Virus record (IMG/VR): IMGVR_UViG_3300022072_000117
Span: 1-25,956 of that record
Reading direction: 5' to 3' (one strand)
DNA from: a virus
Lineage: Duplodnaviria > Caudoviricetes
Length of the DNA: 25,956 nucleotides
The notes under the pieces are model-generated. The model had not been told where the DNA came from and did not search any database. It worked only from the letters and a program-made list of their open reading frames with translations. A program made the position numbers and the translations under genes. Shown here one piece after another: positions 8,113 to 16,043 of the stretch. Position 1 is the stretch's first letter. Each line of letters starts with the position of its first letter.

Positions 8113-8604
8113 ATGGAAATTTGGAAAGATATTCCTAATTACGAGGGGATGTATCAGGTTAGTGATTTAGGTAGGGTTAAAAGCCTTAAGAGAAAAGGAT
8201 GTAAAAACGATAAGATTCTTAAAAATAACACTGATAATTATGGGTATCGAAATGTAAACCTATCTAAAGACAAGGTGTTAAAAACGTTTAAAGTTCATAA
8301 GATAGTGGCAATAATGTTTTTAGGTCATGAGCCAAACGGACATAAAGTAGTAGTTGACCACATAGATAACGATAAGTCAAATAATAAGTTAAGCAATTTA
8401 CAATTAATAACACAACGAGAGAACTTATCTAAAGACCGTAAAGACTGTTCGTCAAAATATATAGGTGTATCTTGGAGCAAGGCGTCTAATAAATGGTTGT
8501 CTCGTATTTTAACAAATGGAAAACCAAAGTTTTTAGGTTCTTTCATAGACGAATTAGAGGCTGCTGAAGCATATCAAAAAGAATTAAAGAAAATAAATAT
8601 ATAA
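8113..8604 (+). CDS. NUMOD4-HNH homing endonuclease with C-terminal AP2-like domain
   Basis: EIWKDIPNYEGMYQVSDLGRVKS (NUMOD4); VDHIDNDKSNNKLSNLQ (HNH); SKYIGVSW...LGSF.DELEAAEAY (AP2). Confidence 0.9.
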   Translation: MEIWKDIPNYEGMYQVSDLGRVKSLKRKGCKNDKILKNNTDNYGYRNVNLSKDKVLKTFKVHKIVAIMFLGHEPNGHKVVVDHIDNDKSNNKLSNLQLITQRENLSKDRKDCSSKYIGVSWSKASNKWLSRILTNGKPKFLGSFIDELEAAEAYQKELKKINI

Positions 8605-8609
8605 AAAGC

Positions 8610-8640
8610 TTGCGAGAACGAAAAAGAATATATATATTTG
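8610..8640 (+). promoter_or_regulatory. promoter TTG-N20-TATATTTG
   Basis: Both Bacteroidota promoter elements upstream of ATG 8660. Confidence 0.65.
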
Positions 8641-8659
8641 ACGAAACAAATTTAAAGTT

Positions 8660-8851
8660 ATGAATAAAAGACAAATGATTCTTATAGCTAGAATGGCTAT
8701 TGATAAAAACATGGATTATGAAACGCTGAAGTATTGCGATTCTATGTATGGTTGTGAAGATTTAACAGATGAAGTTTACGAGTATGTGATTGAAGCTAGA
8801 GATAATGGTTATATATGGTTTCGTAAAGAGTATGAAGAATTTTTAAAGTAA
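8660..8851 (+). CDS. hypothetical protein
   Basis: 63-aa ORF after a promoter. Confidence 0.65.
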   Translation: MNKRQMILIARMAIDKNMDYETLKYCDSMYGCEDLTDEVYEYVIEARDNGYIWFRKEYEEFLK

Positions 8852-8856
8852 ACAAT

Positions 8857-9021
8857 ATGATAAAGAGTAGAATATACAAGCTCGAACAGTCGCAACTAGA
8901 TATTATCAAAGCTGATAACAAGTCTAAAGGGTTGAGTTCGACGAATCAATCAGCGGTTAAGGTGGCTGTTGAGAATTTAGTAAAAACAATTAAAAGAGAG
9001 AACGATGAAAATAGGAGATAA
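8857..9021 (+). CDS. small protein, possibly ribbon-helix-helix-like (54 aa; not in the ORF track)
   Basis: MIKSRIYKLEQSQLDIIKADNKSKGLSSTNQSAVKVAVENLVK...; strand-helix-helix pattern; fills the gap. Confidence 0.45.
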   Translation: MIKSRIYKLEQSQLDIIKADNKSKGLSSTNQSAVKVAVENLVKTIKRENDENRR

Positions 9022-9394
9022 GGTAAGGATTAGTAAGGATAGTGAATTTTATAGATTCCATGATAAATTCAATCCTGTCAATATTGATGGTGTTTTAGAT
9101 GAGATTATTTCGGATAATCATGATTACAATTACAAAGTAAAATGGAATAATGGTAAGTGTAATGGTTATAGGTTAGAAGATTTAGAACTAATCGAAGAAC
9201 GCCCTGAACGATACGCTTCAAGAGAGGTTAACGGCATGGACGTTTTAGACTTGATTAACCATTGGAACTTAAACTTTAGCGAAGGAAACATCTTAAAGTA
9301 CCTGCTACGTGACAAAGGCGAAGATATAAACGACTTTAAGAAGATAGTAGACTACGCAAATAGAGAGGTTAAACGATTGGAAGGTTGTAAATAA
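9005..9394 (+). CDS. DUF3310-like (T7 gp1.7/SaV-like) domain protein with N-terminal extension
   Basis: PERY...DVLDLI...LNFSEGNILKYLLR.K...D.KK...Y. Confidence 0.65.
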   Translation: MKIGDKVRISKDSEFYRFHDKFNPVNIDGVLDEIISDNHDYNYKVKWNNGKCNGYRLEDLELIEERPERYASREVNGMDVLDLINHWNLNFSEGNILKYLLRDKGEDINDFKKIVDYANREVKRLEGCK

Positions 9395-9401
9395 ATAGTA
9401 T

Positions 9402-9713
9402 TAACTTTAACAAAAAAATAGAAATTATGGAAAGAGAAGAGTTTTTAAACGAGAGAGAAATACTTAATAATGAGATTAAGTATCTGAACAAGAAAAAGGA
9501 AACATTAAAAAAGTATTATATCAATAAGTCTAAGCCATGTGATTTAAATGATTTTATAGAGATAGTGTTGTCTTCTGGAAGAAAAGTAACTGGTAAGGCA
9601 AAGTCTTTCGGGATATTGTCAGATAAAAGAGTGCATGTGACAGCTTATAAGCACGGAGCTAAAACAATGTATATAACTACTCCAAACCAAAGTGTAACTT
9701 TAACAAAAAAATA
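9402..9713 (+). repeat. 19-bp perfect direct repeat flanking ORF 9427-9714
   Basis: TAACTTTAACAAAAAAATA at 9402-9420 and 9695-9713, each followed by AATTATGG. Confidence 0.8.
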
Positions 9714-9714
9714 A
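9427..9714 (+). CDS. hypothetical protein
   Basis: 95-aa ORF with AATTATG start. Confidence 0.7.
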   Translation: MEREEFLNEREILNNEIKYLNKKKETLKKYYINKSKPCDLNDFIEIVLSSGRKVTGKAKSFGILSDKRVHVTAYKHGAKTMYITTPNQSVTLTKK

Positions 9715-9717
9715 ATT

Positions 9718-10314
9718 ATGGGAACATTTGAAGAAGTATTAGAAAAAAGAAAGCAAAACGAAACTGAGGACGTAATACCTCACAATCAAGATTTAAGCTT
9801 ATTAAGTATGCCGTTGTCTATTGAAGATATTGACTTTAGGGTTCAATCAGTTAACAAGGGCGGTTACGCTACAATTTTAGCTTATAAGGATGCTAGGGTT
9901 GATATGAATAGACTTGATAAGGTTGTTGGTTCTATGTTTTGGAAAAGAGAGATGTTAGATGACAATAAAAGATGTAGAGTATCTATTTACAATAAAGACC
10001 TTAAGGAGTGGATATGTAAGGAAGATGTAGGTACTGCTAGTATGACTGAGAAAGAAAAAGGTTTAGCTTCTGATAGTTTTAAACGTGCTTGTTTTAATTG
10101 GGGTATAGGTAGGGAACTATATGATTATCCATTGATAAGTATAAAGTTAAAAGATAACGAATTTGACAATGTGACAAAGAAAGCTACTTTCGGATTCAAG
10201 TTAAAGGAGTGGATTTGGTTTAGTCAGTTTAATAATGGTAAACTGAACTATTTAGCTGCAAAAGATGAGACTGGCACTTTAAGGTTTGAACATGGTAAAT
10301 ATTTAAAAAACTAG
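9718..10314 (+). CDS. Rad52/22-family (Sak-like) ssDNA annealing protein
   Basis: LAYKDARVDMNRLDKVVG...W..KEDVG...EKG.ASDSFKRACFNWGIGRELY. Confidence 0.8.
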   Translation: MGTFEEVLEKRKQNETEDVIPHNQDLSLLSMPLSIEDIDFRVQSVNKGGYATILAYKDARVDMNRLDKVVGSMFWKREMLDDNKRCRVSIYNKDLKEWICKEDVGTASMTEKEKGLASDSFKRACFNWGIGRELYDYPLISIKLKDNEFDNVTKKATFGFKLKEWIWFSQFNNGKLNYLAAKDETGTLRFEHGKYLKN

Positions 10315-10315
10315 T

Positions 10316-11101
10316 ATGATGAGTGATTTAAAAATAAGAGCGTCACAGCTCGGAAAGATAATGACCGATGATTCAAGCGCAAAGATAACAGACAAGCAAC
10401 TCTCCACGCTGGGGGGATTGCTGTCTAAAATAAAGCTAACTGAGAAGCAAGCGGAGTTAAGAGACACATTACTGTTAAAGCGTGACGCAGAACCACAACT
10501 ATCTACAGGCGCAAAGACTTACATTCGTGAGTTATGGCTAGAGAAGAATTACGGAGTTCGCAAAGAAATAAACTCAAAGTACATAGACAAAGGTAACGAA
10601 GTAGAGGATTTATCTATCGAGTTAGTAGAAACTATGTTAGAAGTAGGTAGATGCTTCAAAAACGATGAATGGTTTAATAATGGCTACGTACACGGAACAC
10701 CCGACGTAATCACTGATACTTGCGTTATAGATGTCAAATCTAGCTGGTCTGCTTCAACGTTCCCGTTCTTTGATACTGAACTAAAGAATACTACTTACGA
10801 GTGGCAGTTAAAGGCTTATATGTGGCTTACTGGAATACATAAGAGTTATTTAAGTTATTGCTTAGTACCAACGCCTGAGATGTTAATACAGGATGAAATA
10901 CGTAGAGAGTCTTGGAAGCGTGGAGAGGGCGGTGAAGTGTCTGATGAAGTAGAGCAAGAAGTTAGACAGTTTCACAACTTAGATAACATACCAATTTGGG
11001 AGCGTGTAAAGAGTTTTGAAGTGTTACTTACTGGCGAGGATATTAAAAAGATTAAAGAAAAAGTAGAATTAGCTAGGGAATATTACAAAACATTGAATTA
11101 A
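10316..11101 (+). CDS. YqaJ/lambda-exonuclease-like PD-(D/E)XK nuclease
   Basis: IRASQLGKIM, KGNEVE, GTPD...IDVKSSW, YEWQLKAYMWLTG; adjacent to the annealase. Confidence 0.8.
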   Translation: MMSDLKIRASQLGKIMTDDSSAKITDKQLSTLGGLLSKIKLTEKQAELRDTLLLKRDAEPQLSTGAKTYIRELWLEKNYGVRKEINSKYIDKGNEVEDLSIELVETMLEVGRCFKNDEWFNNGYVHGTPDVITDTCVIDVKSSWSASTFPFFDTELKNTTYEWQLKAYMWLTGIHKSYLSYCLVPTPEMLIQDEIRRESWKRGEGGEVSDEVEQEVRQFHNLDNIPIWERVKSFEVLLTGEDIKKIKEKVELAREYYKTLN

Positions 11102-11299
11102 CCTTAACGGTAGGTATAGTTAGTGCCGATTTGATAAACTAAAATTTAATCAAAATGACAAAAGAAGAAATAATAAAAGAACTTGATGAACTTGGAAACG
11201 TGCTTTACAATAAGTTTGGTACAGATGGTTACCTTGAAAGATGTACTATACATGATTTGAAAACCAAAATTAAGGCATTAACTATACCTGTTGTTAGTA
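11102..11299. other. attC-like site B (long; contains the 5' half of an ORF)
   Basis: TAAC-GGT-AGGTATAGTTAGTGCC (11105-11127) pairs with GGCATTAACTATACCT-GTT-GTTA (11274-11296); 15/16 inner arm. Confidence 0.65.
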
Positions 11300-11385
11300 A
11301 TAGTTATTCTGACTGCTGCGGTGCTATAATTGACACGGATGAACAGAGTCTAGATATATGCACTAACTGTGGTGATAGGATATAA
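11155..11385 (+). CDS. small chimeric protein spanning the attC-like crossover, with Cys-rich C-terminal module
   Basis: KALTIPVVSNS is encoded by the right arm and core of site B; the C-terminus SDCCGA...ICTNCG lies in the next cassette. Confidence 0.7.
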   Translation: MTKEEIIKELDELGNVLYNKFGTDGYLERCTIHDLKTKIKALTIPVVSNSYSDCCGAIIDTDEQSLDICTNCGDRI

Positions 11386-11435
11386 TTATTACTAACACCA
11401 AACTAGGAAACTGTTTTAATATTTCTTAGTAATTA
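11293..11435 (+). mobile_element. integron-like mini-cassette 2
   Basis: GTTAGTAATAGTTAT (11293-11307) is complementary to ATAATTATTACTAAC (11382-11396, 14/15), followed by site C. Confidence 0.6.
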
Positions 11436-11441
11436 TTATGG
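11390..11441. other. attC-like site C (short, degenerate right core)
   Basis: CTAACACCAAACTA identical to site A; ACTAGGAAA/TTTCTTAGT stem; ATTA where site A has GTTA. Confidence 0.55.
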
Positions 11442-11490
11442 TAGTTAGAATTAAATTAGTATATTAGCAAACAAACAAATAAATAAGAGG

Positions 11491-11829
11491 ATGAATTACA
11501 AAATGACAGGCGTAATCGCCACAATCGGAGAAAAGAAAACGTTAGACAACGGAGCAGTAGTATTAGAGTACACCGTTAACGAAACAGGCGAGAACGGATA
11601 TGTAACGCCGTTTAGCTTTAACATTTACAAGGGAGCAGACTATGCCGAGTTTGTAGATAAGTTTATTGAGTTTAACAAAGTAGGCGACTCAGTAGAAGTA
11701 GAGTTTAATATCCGTGGTAAAGAGTACAACGGTAGAATCTACAATAATCTAAGTCATTGGAGATGCGACAAAGTAAGTGCAGGAGAGCCAGTAGCACAAG
11801 GAGAGGGAGAAGATTCTTTACCCTTTTAA
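11491..11829 (+). CDS. ssb: single-stranded DNA-binding protein (DUF3127-like, Bacteroidota type)
   Basis: VGDSVEVEFNIRGKEYNGRIYNNLSHWR OB-fold pattern and acidic C-terminal tail EDSLPF. Confidence 0.8.
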   Translation: MNYKMTGVIATIGEKKTLDNGAVVLEYTVNETGENGYVTPFSFNIYKGADYAEFVDKFIEFNKVGDSVEVEFNIRGKEYNGRIYNNLSHWRCDKVSAGEPVAQGEGEDSLPF

Positions 11830-11840
11830 CCTAAACTAAA

Positions 11841-11884
11841 GCCATACGCCCCGACTCTTTAAATAGTTTCGGGGATTTGGTGGT
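11841..11884. promoter_or_regulatory. intergenic hairpin without a U tract
   Basis: CCCCGA (11849-11854)/TCGGGG (11869-11874) with outer GCCA/TGGT. Confidence 0.45.
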
Positions 11885-11898
11885 AAAAAAGAGATATT

Positions 11899-12051
11899 AT
11901 GTACACAATTTACAGGTTAGAAGTTGATATTGTTAGCGGTTATGTGGATTACACAGAAGAACAAATGGAAGAATTAGTAAAAGATGCTATAAATAGTATT
12001 AGGGCTTCTAAGTTAACAGTTGCGGAAATAGAGTGCATAGATAAAGACTAA
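11899..12051 (+). CDS. hypothetical protein (50 aa; not in the ORF track)
   Basis: MYTIYRLEVDIVSG...IDKD; TAATG coupling to the next gene. Confidence 0.55.
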   Translation: MYTIYRLEVDIVSGYVDYTEEQMEELVKDAINSIRASKLTVAEIECIDKD

Positions 12052-12284
12052 TGAAGTACTCAGAGATAATAGAATCAATCCTAAGCTATCCTAACGGAGC
12101 TATAACAACACTTAATAACGTGTATTTCCAAAACATTCACGAAACTGTTAAGCACTACGCCTTAGTTAACTTTAAAACAGAAGGAGCGCAGATGTGTAAG
12201 GAGCAAATGATTGATTTATTAGATAGCTTAGAGAGTAAGAAATGTAGGTTAATGGCTGTAAATGCTAAAAAGAAAATAGGATGA
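12051..12284 (+). CDS. hypothetical protein
   Basis: 77-aa ORF coupled on both sides. Confidence 0.65.
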   Translation: MKYSEIIESILSYPNGAITTLNNVYFQNIHETVKHYALVNFKTEGAQMCKEQMIDLLDSLESKKCRLMAVNAKKKIG

Positions 12285-12679
12285 AGTGTAAGTCGTGTAA
12301 CAAAGAAACAGAACATTTAGAAGCACATCATATTGTACCGAAATCAAGAGGGGGTAGCGATGATGAGGGCAACTTAATAAAATTGTGTTCAGATTGTCAT
12401 GGGTTAGCTCATGATGTTGCTTTCGTTAGTGAAAGAGGTGGCTTGTTAAATGAGGCGATAGTTAAATCTAAAATTAAAGACGACATAGATAAAGAATGGC
12501 TGACTAATAACGAAGACTTAATCAATGACAAGATGTGGGAGCTGTATGATAAGAATGAAGATGAACACATGCTCATACTATTACTTATGGAGCGTGGAAG
12601 ATTTACAGCTTCACATATTAGAAAATGGTATGAGAATGGTAGAGTAACTATTAAGACGTCCATAACATTTAAAGATTAG
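12281..12679 (+). CDS. HNH endonuclease (McrA-like zinc-binding type)
   Basis: CKSC...EAHHIVPKSRGGSDDEGNLIKLCSDCH. Confidence 0.85.
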   Translation: MKCKSCNKETEHLEAHHIVPKSRGGSDDEGNLIKLCSDCHGLAHDVAFVSERGGLLNEAIVKSKIKDDIDKEWLTNNEDLINDKMWELYDKNEDEHMLILLLMERGRFTASHIRKWYENGRVTIKTSITFKD

Positions 12680-12774
12680 ACATAAAAGACATTAAAGACG
12701 CTAAATAGTTAGCATAACAATTTAATTTATAAATCGTTTTGTTAATATTAAGTAGGTGACTGCCGTACCACCTG

Positions 12775-12805
12775 AGACCGTTCATTAATTTGTTCGGTCT
12801 TTTTT
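12775..12805 (+). terminator. rho-independent terminator
   Basis: AGACCG...CGGTCT stem followed by a T run. Confidence 0.7.
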
Positions 12806-12838
12806 GTTTATATGGTTAAAAATGATTATATTGCAAGC

Positions 12839-13036
12839 ATGGAGGAAATATTATTCGTATTAGAGTATAAGGTTAAAGGCGAGCTGTTCGTTAAGAAGTT
12901 TTGCTACGATGAAAAGTGCTTAGACGCTTTAGATGGATTGCTATACATTAACAGTCTAGAAGGTTCAGAGTTAACGATAAGTCGTAAAGCGTTAGAATAT
13001 AAGATAGAGCGACCTTTAAGAATTGATGAACAATAA
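12839..13036 (+). CDS. hypothetical protein
   Basis: ORF 12812-13036; ATG 12839 preferred because it follows a TATATTGC promoter-like element. Confidence 0.55.
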   Translation: MEEILFVLEYKVKGELFVKKFCYDEKCLDALDGLLYINSLEGSELTISRKALEYKIERPLRIDEQ

Positions 13037-13066
13037 ACAAAATACAACAATTTAAGTTATATAAGT
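13037..13066 (+). promoter_or_regulatory. putative phage-sigma (late) promoter ACAA-N15-GTTATATAAGT
   Basis: Same motif and spacing recur at 16044 and 25247, each next to an ATG. Confidence 0.55.
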
Positions 13067-13672
13067 ATGGATTGGTTTAATAAGGTAGCTTCTAAACATA
13101 ACGACTTTCTAAACATAGTACGGTCATTTCCTGAGAATAGAGGCAACGATAACTACGAGGATATAGTGCAAGAGTTTTATATTGAACTGTCCGAACTAGG
13201 AAAGAAGAAGCACAAGAAAGGAGACAAGCGAGTAAATCCAAAGTATGTTAATATGCCTACTTGTAAAAGAGTACTTCAGGAAGATGGAGAGGTTAACATG
13301 GTTTATATGTGGATTACGTTAAAGCGTGTATCTATGCGATTACTTAAAGAGGATAGCAAAAGAAGCGAATACTTTGTAAGACTAGGGGAAGGATTTGAAG
13401 GAACGGACAACGAACCAATAGAAGATGAGAGAGCGTTTGATAAACTTATTAACCTAATAGACGAAGAAGTTAATTCGTGGCACTGGTACGATAAGATGAT
13501 GTTTGACACCTATATTAAAGACGAGAAAAGTATGAGAGGATTAAGTGAGGATACTAATATAAGTTTAACAAGTGTATTTAACACATTGAAGAACTGTAAG
13601 GATAGAATAAGAGAAAGCGTATCAGAAGATTACGAAGATTATAAGAACCAGGATTTTGAACTAATTAAATAA
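13067..13672 (+). CDS. phage sigma-70/ECF-like transcription factor
   Basis: EDIVQEFYIEL (region 2-like) and C-terminal HTH SMRGLSEDTNISLTSVFNTLKNCKDRIR (region 4-like); precedes the packaging genes. Confidence 0.75.
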   Translation: MDWFNKVASKHNDFLNIVRSFPENRGNDNYEDIVQEFYIELSELGKKKHKKGDKRVNPKYVNMPTCKRVLQEDGEVNMVYMWITLKRVSMRLLKEDSKRSEYFVRLGEGFEGTDNEPIEDERAFDKLINLIDEEVNSWHWYDKMMFDTYIKDEKSMRGLSEDTNISLTSVFNTLKNCKDRIRESVSEDYEDYKNQDFELIK

Positions 13673-13674
13673 AT

Positions 13675-14112
13675 ATGATTAAAGACGAAGAATATTACAA
13701 TAACTTAGATAAGAGGACTAAGGAGTACAAAGATTGGAGAGACTCGCAAGGGTTTGAAGAGTTACCACCTGAAGGACTAGGAGATGTTATTGAAAGCATT
13801 ACGGAAGTAACAGGGATTAAGAAGTTAATTAAAGCTGTTTGGGGTGATGACTGCGGTTGTGACGAACGTAAAGCAAAATTGAACGCAATACTTAAATTTA
13901 AAGTAGAATGCTTAGAAGAAAGCGAGTACGAATACTTAAAAGAGTTTTTCGATGGAAACCCGCAACAGGTAAAACCAAGCGAATATAAGAAACTGGTAAC
14001 GATTGCAAGACGTATCTTTAACAGAAATATTAGCGATTCAATGGGTTGCGGTGGATGCGTTAGAGACGTTGTGAACAGATTACAAAGAGTTTACGAAACT
14101 TATAACGATTAA
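13675..14112 (+). CDS. phage protein with Cys motifs (GLGD...DCGCDERK...GCGGC)
   Basis: 145-aa ORF between the sigma factor and terminase genes. Confidence 0.75.
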   Translation: MIKDEEYYNNLDKRTKEYKDWRDSQGFEELPPEGLGDVIESITEVTGIKKLIKAVWGDDCGCDERKAKLNAILKFKVECLEESEYEYLKEFFDGNPQQVKPSEYKKLVTIARRIFNRNISDSMGCGGCVRDVVNRLQRVYETYND

Positions 14113-14137
14113 TCAAATAATTAAATCATATTAGAAG

Positions 14138-14566
14138 ATGGATAAAAGGAAAAATAACGGAGGAAAATCTACGAAATCAAAAAAAACAATAGACAGAAGA
14201 AGAAAAATATCTGTTTCAAACAATGAGCATGTAAACGCTTTTTGTGATAAAATATCAGATGAAGTTAAAGTATTTTATGAAATGGCTTATAAGGGTTTTT
14301 TAGATAAACATATAAGACATGGTAAGTACTATGTTTATTTTCACTACCACAATAGTGAGGTTGTTTATATAGGTAAAGGAAGCGGAGAAAGACTGTTTAG
14401 TTGTAATAGAGTTAATGATGAACATGTAGAATTAATTAATAATGGATATATAAAAGAAGTTATTATTGCAAATGATTTAACTAACGAAAACGCGTTGCTA
14501 ATTGAGAGTACATTGATAAAATCTCTAACACCAAAATACAATACTAATGGATGGAAGAATAAATAA
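14138..14566 (+). CDS. GIY-YIG endonuclease with terS-like N-terminus
   Basis: YYVYFH...VVYIGKG..ER...ALLIESTLI...PKYN. Confidence 0.75.
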   Translation: MDKRKNNGGKSTKSKKTIDRRRKISVSNNEHVNAFCDKISDEVKVFYEMAYKGFLDKHIRHGKYYVYFHYHNSEVVYIGKGSGERLFSCNRVNDEHVELINNGYIKEVIIANDLTNENALLIESTLIKSLTPKYNTNGWKNK

Positions 14567-14843
14567 TGGTAACAAAGGACACTCTACAAAGGCAAAAGGA
14601 GCAGACAAGAGAAAGAATCAATACAAAGAGCTACTAGACCTTGCCTCAACTCCTGAAGATGTCGTAGAAGTGATTAAAACGCTTAAAGAAAAAGCGATAA
14701 CAAAACAAGACGTTAACGCTATTAAGTTATTTTTAGAGTATTACTTAGGTAAGCCAAAAGAGACTAAGGATATTAATCTTAGCTCTAGTGAAGCGTTCAA
14801 TATAAAAGACATCTTTAAGATTGAGTCAGATACAGATAAATAA
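14547..14843 (+). CDS. terS: terminase small subunit
   Basis: Directly upstream of terL; DVNAIKLFLEYYLGKPKE motif. Confidence 0.65.
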   Translation: MDGRINNGNKGHSTKAKGADKRKNQYKELLDLASTPEDVVEVIKTLKEKAITKQDVNAIKLFLEYYLGKPKETKDINLSSSEAFNIKDIFKIESDTDK

Positions 14844-16029
14844 GAAGTATAATTTACTAGGTTCAGACAGTAGATATTTTGTAATAACAGGAGGGAGGGG
14901 AAGCGGTAAATCGTATTCCCTTAACTCGTTTCTACTATTACTTACTTATGAGCCTGACCATGTAATACTATTTACACGTTATACACTTACTTCTGCTCAC
15001 GTTTCTATTATTCCTGAGTTCATAGATAAGATTGAAACAGCAAAGGCCTTAGATGACTTTAAAATCACTAAGGACGAGATAGTAAACCTACGTACTGGGA
15101 GTAAGATATTGTTTCGAGGTATTAGAACGAGCGCAGGAACACAGACAGCCAACCTTAAATCATTGGCTAATGTTACTACATGGGTATTAGATGAGGCTGA
15201 AGAGTTAGTAGATGAGGATGTATTCGATAAGATTGATTTTAGTATCAGAGCGAAAGGAATACAGAACAGAGTTATCCTTGTATTGAATCCAGCAACTAAA
15301 GAGCATTTCATTTATAAACGATTCTTTGAGCAACGAGGTGTACAAGATGGAAGCAACAGAGTTTTAAAAGATACTACTTATATCCATACTACTTACCTGG
15401 ATAACTACAAACATCTTTCCGAGTCTTTTATTAGACAAGTTGAAAGCATGAAGCAAAACAACGCTAAGAAATACGAGCACGTTATTTTAGGTGGTTGGTT
15501 AGATAAGGCAGAGGGTGTAGTGTTTACTAATTGGAAGTACGGAGAGTTTAACCCTAACAACTTACAAACGTCTTGCGGTATGGACTTTGGTTACAGCGTT
15601 GACCCTGACACATTGACCGAAGTAGCAATAGACAAAGCTAAAAAGATAATCTACCTTAAACAACATATCTATTCAAAAGGATTACAGCCTCACGTACTGG
15701 CAAGTATGATTTTAAACAAGGTAGGTAAGAAGTTGATTATTGCGGATAGTGCAGAGCCTAGATTGATTGACGACTTGAAGTATAAAGGCTGTAACATTCA
15801 AGCAGTGAAGAAGGGAACGATTGAGTCAGGTATTACAATGATGCAAGATTACACATTGATATTAGACAAGGATAGCACAGACATTGCTAAGGAGTTAAAC
15901 AATCACGTGTACGCAGATAAGGGTAGTAAGTTGTACGTTGACAATTATAACCACGCTATTGATGGTATTCGATACAATGTAACGTATCACTTAGACAACC
16001 CAAACAAAGGGCAGTACTTTATATCATAA
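14821..16029 (+). CDS. terL: terminase large subunit (PBSX/SPP1-like)
   Basis: Walker A GGRGSGKS, WVLDEAEE, LNP, GMDFGYSVDP, ADSAEP, NHAIDGIRY; TTG start. Confidence 0.93.
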   Translation: MSQIQINKKYNLLGSDSRYFVITGGRGSGKSYSLNSFLLLLTYEPDHVILFTRYTLTSAHVSIIPEFIDKIETAKALDDFKITKDEIVNLRTGSKILFRGIRTSAGTQTANLKSLANVTTWVLDEAEELVDEDVFDKIDFSIRAKGIQNRVILVLNPATKEHFIYKRFFEQRGVQDGSNRVLKDTTYIHTTYLDNYKHLSESFIRQVESMKQNNAKKYEHVILGGWLDKAEGVVFTNWKYGEFNPNNLQTSCGMDFGYSVDPDTLTEVAIDKAKKIIYLKQHIYSKGLQPHVLASMILNKVGKKLIIADSAEPRLIDDLKYKGCNIQAVKKGTIESGITMMQDYTLILDKDSTDIAKELNNHVYADKGSKLYVDNYNHAIDGIRYNVTYHLDNPNKGQYFIS

Positions 16030-16043
16030 AAAAAGCCGACAAT

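Noticed and set aside
8956-8963. GTTAAGGT (and GTTAAGGTTA near 1775) complementary to the left core of site B, a possible 5' cassette boundary
   Set aside because: Short matches inside coding sequence, kilobases away, which would place core recombination genes in a cassette; compatible with chance.
11824-11940. TAACCTAAACTAAA after ssb and downstream AGGTTAG/GTTAGCGG as a fourth attC-like site
   Set aside because: Spacer length differs from sites A and C, arms pair poorly, and no long complementary boundary was found.
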